A DNA stretch of 64,000 bases from Lysobacteraceae bacterium (GCA_049296025.1 JBAQRU010000053.1:2088-66087), one strand, 5' to 3'; numbered from the stretch's first letter, positions 48,888 through 57,557 are shown. Made by a program: numbers and translations. The notes: generated by a model not told the origin, from the sequence alone.

Positions 48888-50012
48888 TCAGCGCCCCGGC
48901 ACGCGGCAACAGTGGACCCAAGGCGTCACCACCTGCGCATTGCTGTCCAGGTTGTAGACGAAGAAATTGCCGGACGTCGGGCCCATGTAACCGTCCGCCA
49001 TCACCACCTTCTGCGCCGCCTGGAAGCCCGCATTGGTGGAGCCGTAGCCCGCAGGACAACTCACGCCGAATCCATAGCCATACGTGTTGGCAGGTACGCT
49101 GGCCGCTGAGCCGCTGACAGTGATGCATTCCAGTGCGGTCGCCGCCGGTGGCGCGAAATAGCCGAGGATATCCACGACGTAATGCGATTGCGCATTGCTG
49201 TAGATCGTGAAATCGGAGGTCGATACCGGGTTGGGTATCGTCGCGATCACACCATTGGCGGCGGTGACGCCCGCGTAGTAGTTGACGTTCGACGACAGCG
49301 GCTGGGTCGTGCCGAAGGGAAACACCGTGGTATAGCCGTTGGCGACCGGCGTCACCGCCGTGACGTTCAACGCCACCGCCGTGGCGTTCAGACCGAACGT
49401 TCCGCAGTTGGTCGCGCTTCCGCCCTGGCTGGTGAAATTGCTCGCATTGGTCGATACAAAATTCCGAGTCGAGTTCGCGGCAATCTGACCAGCGGCCGTA
49501 TTGCGCGTATCGACGATGCGGCATGGCTGGATGGGCGTATACACGAGGTCCTGGTTCAGATCGCCGAATTTGGCGGCGACAGCGCTGGGGGCATTGGCGC
49601 CAGGCGCGAGCTTGGCCAGCCGGTCGATCGCCTGGGTGTCGCTGAGACGACGCCCGATGCCCGACAACTCCGCCATGGCGCCTTCGAAGGTCTCGCGCTT
49701 GAGCGCGTTGCGGAAGTTGCTCGAATCCACGGTGACGAAGTTCGGCACCATCCGCTGCGCCCACGTGCCGACCGGAACGTTGTAGATCCGCTGCACGTAC
49801 GCTCCCCACTTGAGCACGAACTGGCGCGTGAGCTGGCCGCGTTCCTTCGGCGACAGCTTCGCAGCCGAAGCGGTTGCGGAAGAAGAAAGGGGCATGGTCG
49901 CGAACGCATGCTGCTTGCCCACGCGCACTGGTGTCTGTGCGCCCGCAGCCGTAGCAGATACCGCAAACGCAAACGACAAAACAGCAGCAGAATAATGAAA
50001 GGAACGAGCCAT
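48888..50012 (-). CDS. Secreted protein, tandem paralog 1 (helical N-region, PCRIVDTR beta-module, Cys-framed C-terminal cassette, CCRVPGR end)
   Basis: Signal peptide MARSFHYSAAVLSFAFAVSATAAGA. AGGAGA lies upstream of ATG 50012. Long near-identical blocks are shared with paralogs 2 and 3. Confidence 0.8.
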   Translation of the reverse strand: MARSFHYSAAVLSFAFAVSATAAGAQTPVRVGKQHAFATMPLSSSATASAAKLSPKERGQLTRQFVLKWGAYVQRIYNVPVGTWAQRMVPNFVTVDSSNFRNALKRETFEGAMAELSGIGRRLSDTQAIDRLAKLAPGANAPSAVAAKFGDLNQDLVYTPIQPCRIVDTRNTAAGQIAANSTRNFVSTNASNFTSQGGSATNCGTFGLNATAVALNVTAVTPVANGYTTVFPFGTTQPLSSNVNYYAGVTAANGVIATIPNPVSTSDFTIYSNAQSHYVVDILGYFAPPAATALECITVSGSAASVPANTYGYGFGVSCPAGYGSTNAGFQAAQKVVMADGYMGPTSGNFFVYNLDSNAQVVTPWVHCCRVPGR

Positions 50013-50160
50013 CTTTTTTCTCCTAAGATCGACCCTGCATGCGCTCTCAGACAAACACGCCAGCAGCAATAAAGTGGGGGATTTTCGACCAGAGGATGTT
50101 AAGCCGAAAGAATGATGACCGGAATTGCGCGACTTTCCCCCATACCGAGGCGTTGGGCCA

Positions 50161-51267
50161 TCAGCGCCCCGGCACGCGGCAGCACATGAGTTTCGCGGTC
50201 ACGTTCTGGGCATTGACGCTCAGGCTCCTGACGAAAATCTGCCCGGCATTGCCAGCGGTATAACTGTCCGCAACCAAGACATTCTCGCCCGCACTGATGG
50301 ACAGACCGGTAGGCGTGTAATTGGCCGGACAGAACAGCGTGGGAAGGGACACATATGCACCGGCGGCCACGCTGGTCGGGGTCCCGGCGACGGTCGTGCA
50401 ATCCAGAGCAGTGGCCAGCGGCGGCGCGAAATAGCCGAGGATATCCACGACGTAATGCGATTGCGCATTGCTGTAGATCGTGAAATCGGAGGTCGATACC
50501 GGGTTGGGGATCGTCGCGATCACGCCATTGGCGGCGGTGATGCCCGCGTAATAATTGACGTTGGACGACAGCGGCTGGACCGTACCGAATGGAAACACCG
50601 TCGTGTAACCGTTGGCGACCGGCGTCACCGCCGTGACGTTCAGCGCCACCGCCGTGGCGTTCAGACCGAACGTTCCGCAGTTGGTCGCGCTTCCGCCCTG
50701 GCTGGTGAAGTTGCTGGCATTGGTCGAAACGAAGTTCCGGGTCGAATTTGCGGCGATCTGGCCTGCGGCCGTGTTGCGCGTATCGACGATGCGGCATGGC
50801 TGGATGGGCGTATACACGAGGTCCTGGTTCAGATCGCCGAATTTGGCGGCGACAGCGCTGGCCGCATTCGCCCCCGGCGCGAGCTTGGCCAGACGGTCGA
50901 TCGCCTGGGTGTCGCTGAGACGACGCCCGGTACCGGACAGCTCCGCCATGGCACCTTCGAAGGTCTCGCGCTTGAGTGCGTTACGGAAATTGGTCGGATC
51001 GACCATCACGAAGTTCGGGACCATCCGTTTCGCCCACGTGCTGACGGGCACGTCGTAGATCCGCTGCACGTACGCTCCCCACTTGAGCACGAATTGACGC
51101 GTGAGCTGGCCGCGCTCACTCGGCGACAACTTCGTGGCGGAAACCGCTGTGGGCATGAGCCCGAGTTTCTTGTCCGTGCGCGCCGGCGTCTGCGCACAGA
51201 CGGTAGAAGTGAATACGGCAAATGCGAGTGCTGTTGTACCAACAGCGAAATGAATGGGTCTATCCAC
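50161..51267 (-). CDS. Secreted protein, tandem paralog 2
   Basis: Same architecture. Start set at GTG 51267 with GGAGA 7 nt upstream. The signal peptide ends ..FTSTVCA. Confidence 0.8.
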   Translation of the reverse strand: MDRPIHFAVGTTALAFAVFTSTVCAQTPARTDKKLGLMPTAVSATKLSPSERGQLTRQFVLKWGAYVQRIYDVPVSTWAKRMVPNFVMVDPTNFRNALKRETFEGAMAELSGTGRRLSDTQAIDRLAKLAPGANAASAVAAKFGDLNQDLVYTPIQPCRIVDTRNTAAGQIAANSTRNFVSTNASNFTSQGGSATNCGTFGLNATAVALNVTAVTPVANGYTTVFPFGTVQPLSSNVNYYAGITAANGVIATIPNPVSTSDFTIYSNAQSHYVVDILGYFAPPLATALDCTTVAGTPTSVAAGAYVSLPTLFCPANYTPTGLSISAGENVLVADSYTAGNAGQIFVRSLSVNAQNVTAKLMCCRVPGR

Positions 51268-51371
51268 TTTCTTATCTCCAACAAAGAGCGGCAATAAAAA
51301 CAGGAAACCAGGCTAACGGAGCGCGACCGACAACAGCGCGCAATTCCGGCTAGGCATCTTCGAAAAAGCAA

Positions 51372-51397
51372 CAAAAAGAGCCGGGGAACCCGACTCT
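51372..51397 (-). terminator. Rho-independent terminator after paralog 3
   Basis: The minus-strand RNA AGAGUCGGG-UUC-CCCGGCUCU is followed by UUUUU. Confidence 0.65.
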
Positions 51398-51423
51398 TTT
51401 TGTGTGCAGCAGCGTTGGACCGA

Positions 51424-52524
51424 TCAGCGCCCCGGCACGCGGCAGCAGGTCCGCGACGCGCGGAGATCCTGGGCGGTCGTGTCATTGTTCCGCGCCGAGC
51501 AGGTACCACTGTGGGAGAACACGATCGGCATCAACCAGCTCGACGTCTCACAGTTGGTCGCAGTCTGCGTGTAGCCTGCCGCGCAGGCCGGAGCGACTGC
51601 GTTCGCGGTACCGCCCGCAATGATGTCGGCGACAACGGTATTCGCGGTGTCCTGGCACTGCAGCGCAGTCGCCAGCGGCGGCGCGAAGTAGCCGAGGATA
51701 TCGACAACATAGTGCGACTGCGCATTGCTGTAGATCGTGAAATCGAACGACGAAAGCGGATTGGGAATCGTCGCGATCACGCCATTGGCGGCGGTGACGC
51801 CCGCGTAGTAGTTGACGTTCGACGACAGCGGCTGGGCCGTGCCGAAGGGAAACACCGTGGTATAGCCGTTGGCGACCGGCGTAACCGCCGTCACGTTCAA
51901 CGCCACCGCCGTAGCGCTCAGACCGAGCGTCCCGCAGTTGGTGGCACTGCCGCCCTGGCCGGTGAAGCTGGACGAATTGATCGCCACAAAGCTTCGTGTG
52001 CTGTTCGCCGCAATCGTCCCGGCAGCAGTCGAACGGGTGTCGATGATGCGGCAGGGCTGCAGCGGCGTGTAGACCAGATCCTGGTTCAGGTCGCCGAACT
52101 TGGCCACTACGGCATTCGGGCCGGATGCGCTTGCACCGGGCGCGAGCTTGGCCAGCCGATCAATCGCCTGGTTGTCGGTCAGTCGACGTCCGGCCCCCCC
52201 CAGCTCGGCCATCGCACCTTCGAACGTGTCGCGCTTGAGGGCGTTGCGGAAATTGGTGGTGTCGGCGGTAACGAAGTTCGGCACCATGCGTTTCGACCAG
52301 ACGCCTACGGGCACGCCGTAGACGCGTTGTACATACGCGCCCCATTTGGTCACAAATTGGCGGGTCAGCGCACCCCGCTCTTGCGGTGATGCGTTGCCTG
52401 CAGAGATCGTGGCGCGGCCCTGTCGCGCACCCGCAGCGCCGGGAGGCTGTGCGGACGCTGTTGCAGCGAATGCCGCAAGCGCGAGCGCCAGCATGCTGGC
52501 GGAAGAACGGAATCGTGTTGACAT
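51424..52524 (-). CDS. Secreted protein, tandem paralog 3
   Basis: Signal peptide MSTRFRSSASMLALALAAFAATASA. Same core (PCRIIDTR ... VDILGYFAPP) and the same CCRVPGR terminus. Confidence 0.8.
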   Translation of the reverse strand: MSTRFRSSASMLALALAAFAATASAQPPGAAGARQGRATISAGNASPQERGALTRQFVTKWGAYVQRVYGVPVGVWSKRMVPNFVTADTTNFRNALKRDTFEGAMAELGGAGRRLTDNQAIDRLAKLAPGASASGPNAVVAKFGDLNQDLVYTPLQPCRIIDTRSTAAGTIAANSTRSFVAINSSSFTGQGGSATNCGTLGLSATAVALNVTAVTPVANGYTTVFPFGTAQPLSSNVNYYAGVTAANGVIATIPNPLSSFDFTIYSNAQSHYVVDILGYFAPPLATALQCQDTANTVVADIIAGGTANAVAPACAAGYTQTATNCETSSWLMPIVFSHSGTCSARNNDTTAQDLRASRTCCRVPGR

Positions 52525-52951
52525 CTTTACAATCTCCGAGAGTCTAGGCGGGCCGAGATTTGGAGTTGCCCGCTTTTACTGGTACGTAAAAGACCGTCCG
52601 GAGAGGCCATCAATGGTATGAACCATGGAGCAATTCCGCGCTGGACAGCGAGGACCGTCGGAACCGAAATATATTGGTTAGCCCGCGCCGGCCAGCCTGC
52701 ATGGGGAACCTGGAGCAGGGCTGATTGCCGCCGCTGCGGCCCATGCACTGGAGTTCACGGGAAAGACCGGGCTAAAATCGGCCGGCCACACATGGATTGG
52801 CGAGAGTGTGATCCCGGTCCAGTTTGGGTGCGCGCTCCCTCTCACAGCCCAATGTTCAGGAGATGTCTGCAGGATGCGGCGGCCCTGCGCTTGGGCGTAT
52901 GCTAGCCTCTCACGCCCCGAAGTCGGGGCACGATGTCGAGACCATCCTCCT

Positions 52952-55276
52952 ATGCGCAAGCTTGCCCTTACCCTCACCGTAGCGCTCATCGTCGGCGGTT
53001 GTTCGTCCGAATCGGAGGTCGCGCAGAATACCGCGCAGGCCAGCGCGAATTCGAAGAACATCACTGCCCCGGCACAGGTACGCCGTCCCTCTACGGATCG
53101 CAAGAGCTCATTCGCGGCCATGCCCGATCGTGGCACCTTGCTGGCCTACGACCAAAGCCAGCAACCGCGCCATCGCGGCGCGCAGATCTATCACGCGGTT
53201 CAGCTCAGCGAAGCGCATGCATTGAACGCTGCGGCGCCCGGCAAGTCGATCGAACTGCCGATACCTTCTGGCGGTACGATGCGCATCAACTACGAGCGCC
53301 ATGAAGAAGGTCTCGACGGCAACTGGTCGTGGGTCGGCAAGACCGCGGATGGTTTCGATGCCGTGATCACCTTCGGCGAGAGCGCCGTGTTCGGTCGCAT
53401 CGCCCAGCGCGATACCGAAGCACTGCGTCTGACAATGTCCGCAGGCCGTTCCTGGCTGGTCGAAAGCGACCCGAGCAAAATGCTCGACGGCAACCTCGGT
53501 CGCGACTCCGACGAATCCGACGTGCTGATCCCGCGCAGCGTGGTGGCTGCCGCCAGCGCCAGAAAGCTCAATTCCGCCGCAATGACGGCTGCAGGCGATG
53601 AAGCGGCCAGCCCCTCCAGCACCGTTGATGTGGTTCTCGGTTACACGAACGGCCTGGTTACGAAGTACGGTAATGCCGCGAATGCGAATACCCGTTTGGC
53701 CAATCTCGTAGCCATCACCAATCAGGGCTACGTCAACAGTCTCGTCAGCCCGCGCATTCGCCTGGTCCGTACGGTGCAGGTCAGTTACACCGATACCAAC
53801 AGCAACGATACCGCGCTGGAAGCAGTGACCGGCTACACATGCACGACCTCAGGCTGCACCGCGCAGGCGGTTCCGACCGAGCTGGTGCCACTGCGTACCG
53901 CCCGCGACACCTACGGCGGCGATCTGGTTTCGCTGGTCCGCCCGTTCCAGGCGCCCCAGCATCAGGGTTGCGGTATCGCATGGTTGCTCGGCGGCGGCGG
54001 TTTCACCATCGACAACACCGACGCGCCGTTCGGCTATTCGGTCATCAGCGACGGCACCGACGTGGACGAAGGCGACGGCCGCACCTACTTCTGCCGCGAG
54101 GAAACCCTTGCCCACGAGCTCGGCCACAACATGGGCCAGCAGCACAACATCGAAGATGCGGGTACGCCGCCGGACACCGGCACGCACTCGTACTCGTACG
54201 GCTACCGCGAGGCGACCACAACCGGCTTCTATACCGTCATGGCTTACCGCCTGGCCAACAGCAGCCAGTTCTCGATCAACTATTTCGGCAACCCGAGCGT
54301 CAACTATGCCGATACCGGTCGCCCGACAGGCACCGCTACGGCCGACAACGTGCGCAGCCTGAATCTTTCGATGCCGCTTGTCGTGCAGTTCAAAACCGCG
54401 GTGGTGCCGTTCGACGGCGTACCCTCGATGATGAACATCTTCAAGATGGGCGGATCGGGCAAAACCGAAGTGCATACGCTCAGCGGCAGCAGCAACTATG
54501 CCAATTTCTCGCTGCATACGACCACGGTATTCCCTTACACCGGCTTCGACTGGGCGTGGGAATTCATCGCTGGCGATTACAACGGCGACGGCGTCAAGGA
54601 TCTGTACTCGATTTTCCGGATGGGCGCTTCCAATACCACCGAAGTGCATGTTCTCAACGGCGCATCCAGCTTCCAGACCTACCTGCTGAACACCGCAACG
54701 GCCTTGCAGCGCACAGGGACGGCCGACAACTGGATTTTCCGTCTGGGCGACTACAACGGCGACGGCAAACTGGACCTGTACTGCATCGCGCGTATGGGCC
54801 TGTCGGGCAAGACCGAGGTGCATATCCTCAACGGCGCCAACAGCTTCAGCACTTATCTGGCCAACGTCGCGACCGTGTTGCCCAGCACTGGCAACGATGG
54901 CGCATGGAACTTCGAGATCAACGATTGGAACAAGGACAACAAGCCGGACATCATCGTGATATTCAAGGCCGGCGCGAGTGGCAAAGTCGAGACGCATATT
55001 CTCAACGGCGCCAACAACTTCCAGTCCTATCTCTTGAACCGCGCAACCGCCCTGCCGCTCGTCCCCGTTGGTTATCTGTGGGATTTCAAGATCGGCGACT
55101 ACAACCTGGATGGCGTCACCGACATCTATGCGATCAAGCGCCAAGGCGCCGGCGGCTTGGTCGAGTTGAAGGTTCTCGATGGGCAGTCGTCGTTCCTGAC
55201 CATTTCCGCAGACATCACGACCGGGCAGTACAACGTACCAAGCAACAACAGTTGGGAGTTCGAGATCGTGAACTGA
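52952..55276 (+). CDS. Lipoprotein zinc metalloprotease (reprolysin/M12B-like HExxHxxGxxH) with C-terminal FG-GAP-like repeats
   Basis: Lipobox LIVGGC. Zinc site TLAHELGHNMGQQHN. Five repeats of about 65 aa with GDYNGDGxxDLY. Start set at ATG 52952. Confidence 0.85.
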   Translation: MRKLALTLTVALIVGGCSSESEVAQNTAQASANSKNITAPAQVRRPSTDRKSSFAAMPDRGTLLAYDQSQQPRHRGAQIYHAVQLSEAHALNAAAPGKSIELPIPSGGTMRINYERHEEGLDGNWSWVGKTADGFDAVITFGESAVFGRIAQRDTEALRLTMSAGRSWLVESDPSKMLDGNLGRDSDESDVLIPRSVVAAASARKLNSAAMTAAGDEAASPSSTVDVVLGYTNGLVTKYGNAANANTRLANLVAITNQGYVNSLVSPRIRLVRTVQVSYTDTNSNDTALEAVTGYTCTTSGCTAQAVPTELVPLRTARDTYGGDLVSLVRPFQAPQHQGCGIAWLLGGGGFTIDNTDAPFGYSVISDGTDVDEGDGRTYFCREETLAHELGHNMGQQHNIEDAGTPPDTGTHSYSYGYREATTTGFYTVMAYRLANSSQFSINYFGNPSVNYADTGRPTGTATADNVRSLNLSMPLVVQFKTAVVPFDGVPSMMNIFKMGGSGKTEVHTLSGSSNYANFSLHTTTVFPYTGFDWAWEFIAGDYNGDGVKDLYSIFRMGASNTTEVHVLNGASSFQTYLLNTATALQRTGTADNWIFRLGDYNGDGKLDLYCIARMGLSGKTEVHILNGANSFSTYLANVATVLPSTGNDGAWNFEINDWNKDNKPDIIVIFKAGASGKVETHILNGANNFQSYLLNRATALPLVPVGYLWDFKIGDYNLDGVTDIYAIKRQGAGGLVELKVLDGQSSFLTISADITTGQYNVPSNNSWEFEIVN
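54430..55273 (+). repeat. Five in-frame coding repeats of about 195 nt (FG-GAP/VCBS-like blades) within the metalloprotease gene
   Basis: Recurrent ..F(K/R)MG.SG.TEVH.LNGA..F.TYL...AT.L..TG....W.F..GDYNGDG..DLY.. Confidence 0.7.
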
Positions 55277-55338
55277 TCGCAAGCTGGCTCGGGTCGTGCG
55301 CATGCACGCCCCAAGCGCAGGCTTACTGTGTTGTATTC

Positions 55339-55369
55339 GAAAGGCTCCCGATGGGGGCCTTTCTTTTTT
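55339..55369 (+). terminator. Rho-independent terminator after the metalloprotease gene
   Basis: GAAAGGCTCCC-GAT-GGGGGCCTTTC followed by TTTTTT. Confidence 0.7.
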
Positions 55370-55415
55370 GCGTCAACGGGCGGTGAGCCAAGCAGGCAGA
55401 ACGCTGCTGCAGGCT

Positions 55416-57557
55416 TCAGCGACGCGGGGGAAAACCCAATCCGGACGCGGCCGTGTCCGATTCGAGATTGGGGTTGTAAGCAGGATCGGCGTCGAGCCAA
55501 TCGCCCCAACGCTCACGCATGAGGCGGCTCTCGCGATCGCCTTGCAGCCTGTCCTCGGGCCTGATGCCCATACCGCGACTCACTGACTCGTGGTGCAGCA
55601 ACTCGGCGAAAGGCGTCCAGATCACGCGCAAGCCCGCTCGCCGTAGACGCAGGCACAGGTCGACATCGTTATAGGCGACGGCCAAGGATTCGTCGAATCC
55701 TCCAACCGCAAGAAACACCTCTCGACGTATCGCCAGGCAAGCAGCCGTGACCGCAGAGAGCCCCTGGACCAGGCGCGCCCGGTTCATATGGCCGGAGATA
55801 TCGGCGGGCTGTCGCCGATAGGCGTTCGCCGCGATCCCTTCGACACCGAGAAAGATACCGGCGTGCTGGATCCGGCCATCCGGGTAGTACAGCTTGGCGC
55901 CGACCGCGCCCACTTCCGGCCGACATGCCTGCGCCACCATCTCCTCCATCCAGCCGGGCGACAGCGCTTCGATATCGTCGTTGAGCAACAGCAGCACCTC
56001 GCCCCGCGCCTCAGCGGCCAGTCGATTGTTGAGCGCGGAAAAATTGAACGGGCTCGCGTCTCGGAACAGGCGAACATGGTCACGACTTGCCAGCCTGTCG
56101 AGCAGCTCCGCCGTGCGCGGCTGCAGCGAGCCGTTATCGACGATCAAGAACTCGCATCGGACAGCGCCACGCGTCGCTTCCACCGATTGCACGCAACGCT
56201 CCAGCATATCGGGTTGGTCGCGAGTAGGGATCAGGACGCTCACCTGCGGCGGCGGCGATGGAAGCCGGTGGATCACGCGATAGTTGCCTGGCTGCTCAGG
56301 CAGCGCCACGACTTCGGCGTGCTGTCCGCTACGTGCGAGATGGTCCCCGATCGCGCGCAGCGCAGCATCTTGCGCATAGGGTTTCACACCGGAAGCCGCA
56401 GCAGTGGATCCCGCCCATGCGCGCCAGTGATAGAGCACCCGGGGGATATGCCCAAGGCCTTCAGGTCCAAGCCGCTCGGCTACACGCAGCACCAGATCCC
56501 AATCCTGACTGCCATCGCAGATGCTGCGGAAGCCGCCGACGGTCCCGATCAGATCCCGTCGGATCGCGGTGAGGTGACTGATGCAATTGTGGGCACACAG
56601 CAAGTCCGGATTGAAGTCGGATTTGAAGTACGGATCGCTGCGAACGCCGTCGTCGTCGATTTTGTCCTCGTCGGTATAGACGAGCCCCCATTCGGGATGG
56701 GCGACGAAAGCGCTCGCGAGTTCGCGCAATGCATCCGGATGCAAGAGATCATCGTGGTCCAGCAACGCCACGATATCGCCGCTGGCGATTCCGATCGCGG
56801 ACTGGGTCGCCGCCGAAATATGCCCGTTGCGCTCGCGCCGCAACCAACGCACCCGTGCATCCCGCGCGGCATAAGCGCCGATCATCGCAGGCACGCCTGG
56901 ATCGGTGCTCGCGTCGTCGGCGATGCAGAGTTCCCAGCGGGTATAGCGTTGCGCCAACAGGCTGTCGATACATGCACGCAGATGGTCCAACCGGGGGTTG
57001 TAGACCGGCATCGTCACCGAGATGAGAGGCGCATCGACCCGATCATCGACATCACCCCCATAGAGCACAGGCACGTCGTCGTAGAGCCGCAACCAGTCGC
57101 GATAAGAACCGCCGGCCGCGCCGTCGATATCGCTGCGATAGGCGGCATACAGCCAGTCACCGACTCTGCGTCGGTCGCCGCGGGCGAGAATCCGCAGCCC
57201 GTGGATCCAGTCTGCAGGGCCCAGGCGCCCGACCAACGCCATTGCCATGCGTAACGCTGCGCGCCCCATGCCGAGGGAGCGCAGAGTGATTTCGCATCCT
57301 CGCAATGCGTCGGCTTCAAGCCCGCCATCGGTGAGGGCGCATGACATCGCACGCCGTTGCAGCAGGACGATGACTGACAGCGTGCGTCCATCGTCCGAAA
57401 CGAATCGCGAAAGCCTGATGCGATCGGAGAGACGCGGTCCGCTGCCGTCGTCGGGCGTCAGCGTGGGCCCGGAGAACTTGCCACCCGGGCCAAGTCGCGC
57501 GCGAAGGGCGTACCAACCAGGCGCGAAAGGACCCGTGCCGATCGTCCGCGAGGTCAT
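55416..57557 (-). CDS. Large glycosyltransferase with two GT2 domains
   Basis: Two GT2 cores (ISVTMPVYNPRLDHLRACIDSLLAQ..ADDAS..LDHDD and VSVLIPTRDQPDMLERCV..VDNGS..LNDD). Start uncertain: ATG 57557 or 57623. Confidence 0.8.
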   Translation of the reverse strand: MTSRTIGTGPFAPGWYALRARLGPGGKFSGPTLTPDDGSGPRLSDRIRLSRFVSDDGRTLSVIVLLQRRAMSCALTDGGLEADALRGCEITLRSLGMGRAALRMAMALVGRLGPADWIHGLRILARGDRRRVGDWLYAAYRSDIDGAAGGSYRDWLRLYDDVPVLYGGDVDDRVDAPLISVTMPVYNPRLDHLRACIDSLLAQRYTRWELCIADDASTDPGVPAMIGAYAARDARVRWLRRERNGHISAATQSAIGIASGDIVALLDHDDLLHPDALRELASAFVAHPEWGLVYTDEDKIDDDGVRSDPYFKSDFNPDLLCAHNCISHLTAIRRDLIGTVGGFRSICDGSQDWDLVLRVAERLGPEGLGHIPRVLYHWRAWAGSTAAASGVKPYAQDAALRAIGDHLARSGQHAEVVALPEQPGNYRVIHRLPSPPPQVSVLIPTRDQPDMLERCVQSVEATRGAVRCEFLIVDNGSLQPRTAELLDRLASRDHVRLFRDASPFNFSALNNRLAAEARGEVLLLLNDDIEALSPGWMEEMVAQACRPEVGAVGAKLYYPDGRIQHAGIFLGVEGIAANAYRRQPADISGHMNRARLVQGLSAVTAACLAIRREVFLAVGGFDESLAVAYNDVDLCLRLRRAGLRVIWTPFAELLHHESVSRGMGIRPEDRLQGDRESRLMRERWGDWLDADPAYNPNLESDTAASGLGFPPRR

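Noticed and set aside
50119-51349. The 13-bp inverted repeats CCGGAATTGCGCG / CGCGCAATTCCGG flanking paralog 2 as ends of an invertible (phase-variable) segment.
   Set aside because: No recombinase gene is nearby and the repeats are short. Inversion would flip a complete gene together with its own 5' region, giving no obvious on/off logic. A related 9-mer also lies upstream of paralog 3, so a regulator-binding motif is the simpler reading.
48888-52524. Diversity-generating retroelement (DGR) as the source of the variable C-terminal cassettes in the three paralogs.
   Set aside because: No reverse transcriptase or template repeat is present in the window. The cassettes differ at essentially all positions and in length, not only at adenine-templated sites.
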